Assembly: GCA_036172245.1 (NCBI GenBank)
Contig: JAYWIR010000104.1
Location: 62,001-126,000 of the forward strand
Reading direction: 5' to 3'
Origin: Raillietiella orientalis
Taxonomy: Eukaryota
DNA length: 64,000 nucleotides
The notes under the pieces were generated by a model. That model saw only the letters and a list, made by a program, of their open reading frames with translations, did not search any database and was not told the DNA's origin. The stretch's first letter is position 1. Each line of letters begins with the position of its first letter. Positions 35,441-48,300 of the stretch are shown here, in pieces. The position numbers were made by a program, and so were the translations under genes.

Positions 35441-38029
35441 GCACTATCCAAGTGGTTTTTGCTGTTCTCAGAAATGTTTCTTTACGTGAACTTCGTCGTA
35501 GACGTCGTGTATTGCATTGTCGTGATGATTACCGTGAGGGAAATTCTATGAGGAGGCGTTAATGATGGTGGTAATTTGGGACGTGCTTCCTCTTGGATTG
35601 GGAAGGTGTTGTGTTCTGGTGCGCCTATTAGGTGTAGCGATTTTGCCTTTACGGAGGGTGCTGATACTGTTAGTCAAGAGTTGTGGCTTGTCGGCTGTGA
35701 AGGTTGGTTGCTTTGTGTATGATACCGATTTGCATTAGCGCACGGTGAGTACGTTGCTTGGATTGCGGAAACAAACTGCAATTTCGAGTATGTTTGAGTA
35801 TGTAAAGTTGTACGGTGTGAGGATATGTTGCTGCGACAAATCCCGGAGTAGAGGAAGACTTTGGGAATATGAAAAATGGGGATTCCGAAGGAATGTGGAA
35901 TCAGCTTACTAGGCAGCAAAAAAACTGATCACCTGTGTTTTGTAAATGAAAGAACAGGACGTTATGTGTGTATGTGATCCACGCATTCAGCACGAGATGC
36001 TGCATCTGACTGGTTCTACAGCGACACCCGGTATATATGCCGCAGTAGACGTAATTGACTGTACTGTTCATCATTTAGCCAACATCCGAACGGTGGCACA
36101 AATTACAAACGAGGTGGGAATGAAGAAATGGGTTGTGTACGCGGCTTACTATTTTGAGTGTACGATGGAATTCATAGTCGAGGATTCTTACTGTGACTTA
36201 GTATAAGCCTCGCCATGACTTCGTCACGCAGGCTTTAGAAAAAAAAAGGCATTTCGGATCTCGTATTGTGAAGCATCCTTTCGTAGGATGTGGTCTCTGG
36301 ACCTTGGTTTCGAGATGCCGATCACGCCCGAGTGCTGCAGAGTGTTGCTCGGTCGTTGCACAAAGGCTGACAGCTGCAATGGTCCCAAACCTCATTGCTG
36401 GGAAGCGTAGTATTTAGGTTTAGACTGGCAAACTACTAAAGTGTATTTGAGGGCGGTTCTTCTAGTGTTTTCGTCACTAAAACTCGGTGAACTTTACGTC
36501 CTCCACTCTTCCATGTAGTAAGGAATGGGCAGTGCCTGTTCAATGCAGAGGGCTTCATCAGACGCACGCGCAGAGTGGGACAGCCCAGTGCTGCGAAAGA
36601 GATGAGCCAGCCAAAGCCTCATACCATATGGTTGGGCCTGGAAACAGGCCTGCAGCAGCAGGACGCAGCGTTCTACGCGACGGTGGCCGTAGCTGCGCCA
36701 AATGCGGTCAACGGTCGCGTTCTGAGGACAAAAACACGTCACCTAGCAATTGAGAACGTGAATGAAAGAAATTGGAAACGAGCCTCGGTTAAAAGCCCGA
36801 AGTTATCCCGAATGGGGCGCGAAAGCACTGCAGTGCGAGACGTGTACGTGTATCATTATGAAGAAACTGTGTGTTTGGAGGGGGTTGGGAAGGATATTCC
36901 CGCTTGCACGTACACTCACCATTTACGCAGACTGTGATCATACCAGAATGCTCGATGGTCCTGTCGTTGACGGTAACTCCCTAAGCGGTTGCCTGCTGAA
37001 GAAAATGAATGAAAGATCTGCGACGACGGCCCGCTTTTTCGCTTCAGCTGTCAGATGGACCAAAACACCGTCCGAGAAACCCTCTGCGTGCGTGGAAATC
37101 GAAGCAAAAGGGATACTTGCTCGGGAACACCTCGGGTGAGGCGCTTGTCAAAATCAAACCATACGCCACTACCCATCACGCCACTGGAGACCTACTCGCA
37201 CGACTTTCCAGTCATGCGTAGGAAGCAGTCCTCACTTTTGTCTTCTACGCAGCAATCTCAGACAGACAGTGGATGCATGTCCAACTGCACTCTGCAACAA
37301 ATGCAGCCATCCACGGAATGTCTGCACAATTCCGGGGTATTTAAAGCTCGAGCGTGAAAACCACCTGCAGTGGTCCGAATGAGCAAACAACCGACGAGAT
37401 GCAGCATCCAATCTTGAAAACGCCAGCAGTTCTGAGGAGATAACTGGAAACCAAGATGAGGGTCGCCGGATGCGGAAAACTTATCAATGAGAGAATCAAG
37501 ACGTCATTCGACAAGCTGAAGATAAGAAAATGAGAAAGAAAGAGGTAGGGCAAGGAAAACCTTACCAAAAAAAAAAAAAAAGAAGATTAAGCAAGCAGGA
37601 AAAGGTTCGACGAAGAGCAAAAACACAATTCAGCTCGCATACACGGAACACAACAGCCATCTTTAGAATAAGTACAAATTGAAGTAAGAATTGGCTACGC
37701 TGCATTGCATGTTTGGTGTCCTTACCATGTGCGATACCACTTCAGAAATGTCATACATCGCCCATCACTCGCCGACGCATTCAAATATGACAGTTTGAAA
37801 GGATAACACTGAAAACGACATACAAGCCATTTTGTTCCAGCTACCTGCACCTCTCATTGAAAACAAAGAATCTCCTTCGCTCCAATGGCTGTACTGTCCT
37901 TCTCATGAGGCATGCATTTGTCATAGAGAATACCTTAACGTCCGTTGCTGCTTTCTTCCATCAGTGAAAGCAGAAGATTTTCGTGACTCTTTACGAAAAA
38001 GTCGCTCCTGCATGCATTGGAAAAGTGCG

Positions 38030-39566
38030 TAAACGCGCACTTCCCGCTCATGTGAACGCCCACTACTTCCATCCTCTGAGAAACGCTCTTTGGGATCCGG
38101 CGCGATCCAGGATCCGCCTGAAAGACCTCGCTGCTCCACGTCGCGATGCCCGTCTTGGCATCCTGACGATGAAGCGGATCGGAATGCAAGTGCAGTTCCG
38201 GATGCTGGCACTGTGTGCCGAGCTATGGACTTCACCCCTGTGTGCGCCCGCGCGCAACCTCCTACGGAGGTGTGCCGGCAGCGAAGCACTTCTTTCCCAG
38301 GCATGCGTCACAGGAGACAGGGATTTGGGTATCCCTTGAGGAAGCTCACCACCTTGTTGGAAGCAAATACATGGATTTCCTACCGCCCAATGAACTACAA
38401 TGCATGGCGGCAGGAATCCATTGATTCCCTGGCTGCACTCTTAGGAATGAGCCACAAAAATCTTCGCCCCCTGCGTCAATTTCAACCTTGGTCACTCCAA
38501 GATGTGATGCAGGACCAGGTGAAGTTTTATTCCCTGGCCGCCACGCCCCTTGCCGAAGCATTGTCCGCCCTCGAGGTTCGAGAAGACAGTAGCCATCCGG
38601 CAAGGTGGGAGTTCTCCTGCACCATTGCAGGAAGCACGAAACCACTTGGCCCATGGGCCACGAGCGAGCTTGCGGATGCCGCCACTCCTCGTGCTACACC
38701 AAAGGGCTTACTTCGGTGGGGAGAAACTCTTGGTGTTTCCCCCGAGGAACTTATTATCCCTCCCTGGTTTTTGGACGGCTCGGTGTTTCCCTTGCATGGA
38801 AGCAAGACGTCTTGCTCTTCTTGCACTGGGGCTTGCGCTACAACGAACGGCGCAACCGAGTTTCCGGTGGGGTGGCTTCACCCTACTGTGCCCGGTGCGG
38901 TGCGACGGAGTCGTTTCCGCACCTTGTTTCCGACTGCGGTGCCCTCCAGGAACTTTGGCGGAAGTTGGCAGCAGCACTCCTGCTACCGAAGGACACCGCC
39001 CAAGAAGTGCTGCGACGTTTCTTCCAAGCCCAAGGACTTTCGACGGCTGCGATGATTTCCACAGCTGGTTGCATCCGCGCCATCGTCACGGTCCGAGACG
39101 TGCTGGAGAATACTGGTCAGCGATGCTATGTCGCCAGGAAGGCAGCCGACTTCGTCAGAGCGGCAGCTGGGTGGCGACACCTGGACGAATACGCCACGGA
39201 GGAGCTCGCTGGCATTTATCGCCGTATGATACACGGTTTGGAACGAAGAACCCGGTGATCCTCCTCCATTCCCCTGTTTACTTTATTTTTGTTCTTGCGT
39301 CCCACTTCCCACTTGCTCCGTAGTGCCTTTGGTGCTTTTCCTTTTTATCTTTTACGGTGACTTCGGAGCGTCACCAAAGTTCCCTGGCCCATTCCTCCCA
39401 TTTAGACTTTTCCTTTTGGTTTGTAGTCCCCTCCTCCCGATTCGTTCAGGTCCTTACGTTTTCGTGGCCTGCGTGCCAGAGGTGTATCTCTGTTGTTGGT
39501 TTTTGTAGTCGTTGGATGGAAACAACCGTTTCCAGCTAGTTTATAACAATAAACGTCCCGGCGTGA
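38030..39566 (+). mobile_element. Tx1-like 5'-truncated ORF2 C-terminal half + 3' UTR
   Basis: LWDPARSRIRLKDLAAPRRDARLGILT, LHWG and CARCGATESFPHLVSDC. Stop at 39258; terminal AATAAACGTCCCGGCGTGA at 39548-39566. Confidence 0.9.
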
Positions 39567-42099
39567 CCGGGTAACAAACTTCCATCCTGTGCAATCGAAA
39601 CGTCTGTCGTCAGAGATATGCAGTTGAAATGAAGGCTCCCTTAGCCCAGGTCTTTGAACCTCCAGCGCAACGACAAGGACTCTACAGGGAATAGTCCGCA
39701 GCTTCCTTGGAAGAATCGCGAGCAGCCTTTCGTTTGGTCGGAGGGGCCTTGAAGGAATAAAAGCTTGCCCGATGCTGATGAAGCTGCACACAACGGTCAG
39801 CGCCTCAGGCTTGGATTCATGACGGATTTCGAGGCAGGAAGCTCCCTTCAACATTCCGGTTTTCCCTGCGCCAAATTCAAAAGACAAACCGCAGGCTCCT
39901 ATCGATTTCGAGAGCTGTTCGATCGGAACGAAGACGTCAACGCTGGGTTGTCGAGCTGCATGCACTTGGATTTCTTCTCATGGAGGCAGTGAAATCTACC
40001 CGTCTGTCAACTGTTTCCGCTGGTACGTGAGCTTATGGGGTTCAATCGGTTTTGGCATCCCAGCGAACAGTGTATCCGTTTCCGAATTCGACTGGGACTG
40101 GTTGCGAAATTGCAGGAATCGCGAAGCGCTCTTTCTTCCACGATCTCGTGTTCCCAAATGCTGCAAAGGGGAAGACACCTTCCACGCTGTCCTTGATGAA
40201 CGCGCAGGCAATTTTCTTACTGCGCATCATACACTGAATAGTTCCTTGGATCGGAATTTCTAATTTCGCCTTGAAGCGTTATTAATCATCTGGAAATCAA
40301 AGAGCAGTTCAACTTGAGCGCCCAGAGACTGCACACAGAAGCACGGAAGCTATTTTCGAACGTACCACTTTGTTGTTCCCGGTTACCCCCGGAACTGCAT
40401 CCCCTATTCAGAAAGACGGACACTGATTATTCAATCCACTTACAATACGAAATGGATCACCGCCATTGCTTTTCTTCTCGTACCACTTCCCAGCACGAAT
40501 CGCATGGTCAATGCGTCGAAAGACGTATTGCACTAACGAGCTAGCCCCTTCCTTGGAATCCAGATCGATGCCCTGTCTGTGGATCCGACAATCTACCACC
40601 TTAGCTAGACGAGGAATTCTATTTCGAAAATGCTCTGCGGCATGCGGCACAGATTTGTGCTCACTCACCTCGATCCTAGTGAAACCTTTGACTTCAACAA
40701 CCTAAATGACTACCATGAACAGACGACTGCTAAGAAACAAACCTTGTCGAGTGGGAACACCGACACTTTGACAATCAAGTAACTGATTCTATTCCACACA
40801 TAGTACCCACATGTTGGCTTTAGGTCCTTCTCTTTTCCAGACTTGCCATCTGCCATCTAATCATGCATCCCGTTTTGGACATACTTCTCTGCCTCCACAC
40901 CGGACCACGAAACAGAAAACTCATGGTAAACAACACCTCCTCTTCGCTGTCCATGTTCCATCCCTCCACCCTCCACCAGATATTACATCTTACTGCATCC
41001 GTTATTATCCGTCCATGAAAACTTTAGCTCCCAAAACTTGCTTTCCCTACACAAATTTCCTCTGTGCAGACTCGTAACCAGAATCAAATCACTATCGAAA
41101 CCATTGGCATTATCTAAGTCGACTTCTCCAATGACCTTTCAATCCTTGCCTTAGCTTTCATCATAACCTAAAATCAATCCAAATCTGCCGTTATGCATTC
41201 CCATAATCCGCTCTTCGTTTTTGCATCCCAGCATTGTCACTTTCAAAGCAAACTTGCTGAAGCATTCAACATTGATCTCCCTTACCATTCCACATACCTA
41301 TAAAAGGAAAACACTGACCTCATGTCTCTCCGTTTACTTTTCGAAACCTGAACATCCATCATTCACCGGGTATCCCTATGAGATTCAGTGGCATGTGACC
41401 ACATTACCTGGCATACGTGTCCAAATTCTTGCACCCTCAAATAGCCAAAGTAAGCTCATCTCCATCCTTCCCAAGCAAAACTTTTAAATTAGCCGTAGTC
41501 CTTGTCCAAACTTCAACTGCGTACAACTTCACTGACAGAACCTGTATGTACGTGAAGATATCAATGCAATACGAATCCACCAACCATGTCTCCTTCACCA
41601 TTGCACATCCATGATTCATCCTTCATTCTCCATAACCGCCATCCATACCCCTCTCCTTGACCTGTTACGCATGCAAGACACACACCTGTCTTGCACTCTT
41701 CAGGGTATCTGCGTTGGTGAGTTGCCTGGAAAAGAAAGAATTGTAAAGAGAGTATCGATTTCCAAGAACCCTTTTCACAAGAATACGAAAAATTTCCCAT
41801 TCACTGCATTTCCCTTCCCGGAAGGCTTCTAACTCCCTTTCATCTTCTGTTCATATTTCACCCCGTGCCGGGCTCACCCACGATTCGGCTTTCACTCAAG
41901 CTCTGTTCAGAAAACCGCACTACACGTCATAGCGGCACCCCGTCTCAACGCAATTGGTTTCTTAGGGACGAATGCTGGAAAGAAATCACAAAAGTCAACA
42001 AAAATCACAAAATGAAGAGGTCCACCCTCTGAAAGGTGACGCCTTTCAGGGGACTGGTTGAGTTGTTCAGGAGCAGCGGAACATCGCGCGCTTCAGCGA

Positions 42100-44900
42100 G
42101 AATTCCAACTTCGGAATCTCTCTGACTGGGACGAAATGAAGAGCTCAGTCCGAGAGTTCCCGCCCAGTTCCCTATGAATCGTCTCGCTCCGGCATTTTGC
42201 GAGGGATTGAGGAAGCAGAGGGCCTACCTCTGCTTACTCAATCCCTCACAAACAGGTCCGTCTCTACTCCAGCAATGGACGTCCGACGACTTGCATAACC
42301 AAGAGCTGGGGCCGAAAGATAGACCTAGCAATCCGGGTCGACTAGGTTTCAGGACGCCGATGGCTGGGAATGCTTAGTCCCAGCGCAGGCAAATCGCATC
42401 TTGCGTGTTTTTTTAATCCTCACTTTACACGAGAGCAAGAGCCGAGCGCGCCTTTGCGCAGCGATTTCTGCCAGATGGCGCCTCAGCGTTGAGGGATGAG
42501 ATTAGGAACCACCTCCAGGAGCCTTCCTCGATGGCGAAGATCATCTCCGCCATCGGAAAGCTGGAAACACGAAAGACACCAGAGATAGACGGTCTGCCCG
42601 CGGAGTTTCACCAGTGCTTCGCGGCAGAGCTGGTCCCACTGGTGCTCAAACTAGCCATGCTGATCCGCGAACGAGGGGACGTTCCCAACTCGTCCCTGTA
42701 GGGTAGAGTACGTCTCCTTCCGAAAGGAGGAGACTTGCGCAACGTAGGCAAATGGCGGCTCATCACTCTTCTGAATGCGGACGGGAAGTTGCATGCCAAT
42801 TTGTGGGATGAGCGACAAGGACGGGTGGCGGAATCTGTGTTCAGTCCGGACCCCAATTACGCGGTTCCCTCACGAACTATGGTGGCAGATGCTATAGCGC
42901 GAAGGTCAGACAGGTCAAGAGGATCCCGAGTTTCCTTTGACCAAGGAGGGGAAGGCCAAGGAGGAGGAGCCCTTGCAGCCGCGGGCGCTTTGCGTAAAGC
43001 ATTCCCCTGCTTCGACCAGGAACTTCCTCTGTAACTCCTGAAACGCATGGGATTTCCGGCTGTCATTCGCGCCAATCTGCGATTTTGCTGGCGCAACGCG
43101 CTCATGAATATTCGTTTCAGCAGCCAACACGTGTGCGCCGCGTCGGTTCGGCATGGCATAAGGCAGGGTTGCAGGCTGAGCCGCCTGCTCTTCAGCGTCT
43201 ACTTTCAGTTGGCGCTGAGAGCACACAGGGAGACTCTGGTAACTCTGTAGAGCTCGCGTCCCGGCACGCTTGCCCTGTCGGCCTATGCCGACGACCTCCT
43301 GCTCCTGCTCCCCGGATGCACCTCGGCAAGACTTCCTGGAGCTGCTACGCAGCTGGACGGGCTTCGAGGTGAACAGGGAGAAGTCGTCCATCGTAGCAGT
43401 CGGTGCGGCGTTGGCAGGATGGCCGGACTGGATCCGCTCGAGAAGCTTCATGGGCAGGTATCTGAAGTAACTTGGCGTTCCGCCGGGGGACTTGTGCGTA
43501 ACAGAAGCCTGGTCCGACTGTCTTCGAAAGGTGGAGTTGGCGATTGGTCCGTTCGCGACGGCACGTTTCACTTGCAGGAACAAGACGCGGTGTGGAACAC
43601 GGTAGCAAACTCCCTCCTTCGCTCATCACTTTTGTTTGCCCGCCCCACCCTTAACGAAAATGCAAATCGAGGATCTCCTGAGGAAAGCCCTGTGGCGCAC
43701 AGCGAGGACAGGTATCCGGTTCAAAGACTTGTGCCTTTTATGCAGGGACGAAGGATTGAGCCTCCTAACTCTGTGGTACATGCAACGACACCTATAGTTT
43801 CAAAAACTCGCCTTTACGGGGGAGTTGCGGACTACGCCACGGTGCGAACCAGCAAGACCCCTCGCGAGCGAAAGGCAGCCAAGGATTGCCTTCGATCGAC
43901 CTTGCATACGAGAGCAGCCTTAGATATTGCAACCATCAGCTGCAAAACACGGTTGCTCCCATGAAAAACAACACGTGAATCTACTGCCTCCACGCGAACT
44001 GTACCGTCTGGCTTCAGGAGGTCAGGTTGCGCATGGAGAAAAATCGACGGCTCGGGTGAGGCGGAATCCGCCTGCATCCGACAAGGATCCTCACACTGGA
44101 TAGCCCCTGCGATGGATGGTAAACAACCCACGCAAATTGCCTTGGCCCCCCTTCATCCCCCCAGATCCTCTCAAACGCTGGAGACAGAAACGAACGAGCA
44201 TCGTGGGAAGTGTCCTGCCTCATTGGAGACAGGAAAAAACGAATGGAGGCGTGGAAAACCTGGAAGACAATGGACGCTATGACCACGAGTGTCGCCCCTA
44301 AAGAGCTCATCACCTGGGTCGAGCAGCTCTCAACACAACCGGAGGAGGCGGAGCGACCCCGGCATATTGCAACAGCGGGAAACTTTCAATGGAGTGGCAA
44401 GAGACGGCGTTTCTATTCTCCCTGCATTGGGGAATGCTATGCAGAGCGCGCCTCCCCCACAGGACAGTAGGTAGTTTGGTTGCAAGTTGTGCCAGTTGTG
44501 CCGAGAGCGGTGAAAGGGAAGCCTTCCCGCATCTCATATACCACTGCGTCGCCTTCCGTGAACTTTTCTATCGACTCTTGTCCATTCTGAAACTTCCGGC
44601 AGGCGACCCTAAAACCATTAGAAGGCACCTCTGCTGACGTGTGCCCTGACCCCGCCGCGTCTCTGGCAATTCTCTGCAGTGTTCGCGCAAAAGTGACGCG
44701 GTGCAACGCCAAAGGAAGAAACAAAAACAGCAGGGATGCCAAGCACTGAACAACGATCTTTTTCGAGAGTGTATCAAAATGACCGAACCGGAGACACTCC
44801 AATGCAAAACTTGTGAGCATCGTGAAGAGGATGCAGGGGTCAGAACAGGAAGAACTGAGGTTCATTACGATCCATCTCTATCCCCATAAACAGCGCTTTC
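42100..44900 (+). mobile_element. Tx1-like ORF2 (post-APE linker, RT, zf-RVT), degraded
   Basis: DWDEMKSSVREF linker, KTPEIDGLPAEF, WRLITLLNADGK, NYAVPSR, LRKAF, GIRQGCRLSRLLFS, AYADDLLLLL, LHWG and CAESGEREAFPHLIYHC. Confidence 0.88.
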
Positions 44901-45333
44901 TCCCCAATTCCGAATTTCTAACGTTAATTTTTGTTTCGTTTTACCCTCCGAATCGGTGTTGGAGAGAAACTCGCGGGTTTCTCCAACGATGAACAGCAGG
45001 TTATAACCAAAAGAGGTACCACAAAGAGAGCAATAACAAAAACAATATCAAGAGATTAATGCAAAGTCTTTCTACATTTTTAACTTTCAAAAAAACAGTC
45101 CCGGAAAATCCGAATGATCAACGTAGCCGTTGCCACAGCAATCACTCTACAAAGAAACTGAAATTTCAATATAACAATTACAACACCAAACGGAGAATCA
45201 TGCGCAATACAAAACTCAAATCAAAAGAAAAACCATAGAAACCAAATATCCCACAATCAGATTCTTTCTCATTAGCGACAGACAAAATTTACAGAGTGGA
45301 ATGCAAGTGTGCTGCAAAAAAAAACAAAGTGGT

Positions 45334-48300
45334 AGAAAAAAAAAAGAGGACACGAAAAATAAAAACGTCCATCCTCCAATGGAAGCAGCACAGGCAGAGT
45401 GCATCCATCCCTGCTGAGAGGAAAAGGACAGCTTCCCGGTCGACTAGGTAGGCGCCTGCCTTGATTTCGAACGCTTGTGTGTCTGCTGTAACCATCCCTT
45501 TATCCACCAAAACCACCGGTTTCCGCACACGTCTCTCCCACGGAACAAACCATCCCCCACGAAATGTTCGGTAACGAACATCCCTCATCTACTCCCCGTG
45601 TTCCCGAATCCTCCTTGAACATCGCATCATTTTAACGGTCGCTATCCCCCAAAAGTAGTATCATAGCGCTAAGGGCAGCAACGGCCATGTGGACCATGCA
45701 ACTTCGTTACTCATAAAGTTTCCAGGTAGCGGAGAGAAACAAAGAAAAACGAAAGAGGAGAAAAAAAAAAGGGAACACGAAAAAAAAAAACGTCCATCCT
45801 CCAATGGAAGCAGCACAGGCAGAGTGCATCCATCCCTGCTGAGGGGAAAAGGACAGCTTCCCGGTCGACTAGGTAGGCGCCTGCCTTGATTTGAAACGCT
45901 TGTGTGTCTGCTGTAACCATCCCCTCATCCACCAAAACCACCGGTTTCCTCAATCGTCTCTCCCGCGGAACCATCCATCCCCCACGAAATGTTCGGTAAC
46001 GAACATCCCTCATCTACTCCCCGTCTTCCCGAATCCTCCTTGTACATCGCATCATTTTCACGGTCGCTATCCCCCAAAAGTAGAATCATAGCGCTAAGGG
46101 CAGCAACGACCATGTGGACCATGCAACTTCGTTACTCATAAAGTTTCCAGGTAGCGGAGAGAAACAAAGAAAAAGGAAGAGGAGAAAAAAAAAAAGAGGA
46201 CACGAAAAAAAAAAACGTCCATCCTCCAATGGAAGCAGCACAGGCAGAGTGCATCCATCCCTGCTGAGGGGAAAAGGACAGCTTCCCGGTCGACTAGGTA
46301 GGCGCTTGCCTTGATTTGGAACGCTTGTGTGTCTGCTGTAACCATCCCCTCATCCACCAAAACCACTGGTTTCCTCAATCGTCTCTCCCGCGGAACAATC
46401 CATCCCCCACGAAATGTTCGGTAACGAACATCCCTCATCTACTCCCCGTGTTCCCGAATCTTCCTTGAACATCGCATCATTTTAACGGTCGCTATCCCCC
46501 AAAAGTAGAATCATAGCGCTAAGGGCAGCAACGGCCATGTGGTCCATGCAACTTCGTTACTCATAAAGTTTCCAGGTAGCGGAGAGAAACAAAGAAAAAG
46601 GAAGAGGAGAAAAAAAAAAAGAGGACACGAAAAAAAAAAACGTCCATCCTCCAATGGAAGCAGCACAGGCAGAGTGCATCCATCCCTGCTGAAGGGAAAA
46701 GGACAGCTTCCCGGTCGACTAGGTAGCCGCCTGCCTTGAATTGGAACGCTTGTGTGTCTGCTGTAACCATCCCCTCATCCACCAAAACCACCGGTTTCCT
46801 CAATCGTCTCTCCCGCGGAACACTATATCCCCCACGAAATGTTCGGTAACGAACATCCCTCATCTATTCCCCGTGTTCCCGAATCCATCTTGAACATCGC
46901 ATCACTTTAACGGTCGCTATCCCCCAAAAGAGGTATCCTTGCGCTAAGGGCACCCACGGCCATGTTCCCCATGCAACTTCGTTACTCATGAAGTTTCCAG
47001 GTAGCGGAGAAAAACAAAGAAAAAGGAAGAGGAGAAAAAAAAAAGAGGACACGAAAAAAAAAAACGTCCATCCTCCAATGGAACCAGCACAGACTGAGTG
47101 CATTCATCCTTGCTAAGAGGAAAGGACAGCTTGCCGGTCGACTAGGTAGGCGCTTGCCTTGATTTGGAACGCTTGTGTGTCTGCTGTAACCATCCCCTCA
47201 TCCACCAAAACCACCGGTTTCCTCAATCGTCTCTCCCGCGGAACAATCCATCCCCCACGAATTGTTCGGTAACGAACATCTCTCATCTACTCCCCGTGTT
47301 CCCGATTCCACCTTGAACATCGCATCATTTTAACGGTCGCTATCCCCCAAAAGAGGCATCCTTACGCTAAGGGCACGCACGGCCATGTTCCCCATGCAAC
47401 TTCGTTACTCATGAAGTTTCCCGGTAGCGGAGAAAAACAAAGAAAAAGGAAGAGGAGAAAAAAACAAGAGGAAACGAAAAAAAAAAACGTCCATTCTCCA
47501 ATGGAAGCAGCACAGGCAGAGTGCATCCATCACTGCTGAGGGGAAAAGGACAGCTTCCCGGTCGACTAGGTAGGCGCCTGCCTTGATTTGAAACGCTTGT
47601 GTGTCTGCTGTAACCATCCCCTCATCCACCAAAACCACCGGTTTCCTCAATCGTCTCTCCCGCGGAACCATCCATCCCCCACGAAATGTTCGGTAACGAA
47701 CATCCCTCATCTACTCCCCGTCTTCCCGAATCCTCCTTGTACATCGCATCATTTTAACGGTCGCTATCCCCCAAAAGTAGAATCATAGCGCTAAGGGCAG
47801 CAACGGCCATGTGGACCATGCAACTTCGTTACTCATAAAGTTTCCAGGTAGCGGAGATAAACAAAGAAAAACGAAAGAGGAGAAAAAAAAAAGGGAACAC
47901 GAAAAAAAAAAACGTCCATCCTCCAATGGAAGCAGCACAGGCAGAGTGCATCCATCCCTGCTGAGGGGAAAAGGACAGCTTCCCGGTCGACTAGGTAGGC
48001 GCTTGCCTTGATTTCGAACGCTTGTGTGTCTGCTGTAACCATCCCCTCATCCACCAAAACCACCGGTTTCCTCAATCGTCTCTCCCGCGGAACAATCCAT
48101 CCCCCACGAATTGTTCGGTAACGAACATCCCTCATCTATTCCCCGTGTTCCCGAATCCATCTTGAACATCGCATCATTTTAACGGTCGCTATCCCCCCAA
48201 AAGACGTATCCTTGCGCTAAGGGCACCCACGGCCATGTGGACCATGCAACTTCGTTACTCATGAAGTTTCCAGGTAGCGGAGAAAAACAAACAAAAAGGA

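Noticed and set aside
34387..35451. 354-aa minus-strand ORF as a real gene
   Set aside because: It is a composite of antisense RT sequence, a possible ORF1 remnant and unrelated flank.
35946..36206. PGIYAAVDVIDCTVH as a PIF/Harbinger transposase motif
   Set aside because: Only a loose match to GAIDGTH, with no further catalytic motifs or TIRs seen.
42335..42347. ggtcgactaggt shared between the LINE and the satellite unit
   Set aside because: Only ~12 nt with no flanking similarity; consistent with chance.
46885..46955. tRNA/SINE-like A box (TAGCGCAAGG) and B box (GTTCAAG) on the minus strand of the satellite
   Set aside because: The T-stem and acceptor stem do not pair, a TTTT run lies between the boxes, and the A-box site is among the most variable parts of the unit.
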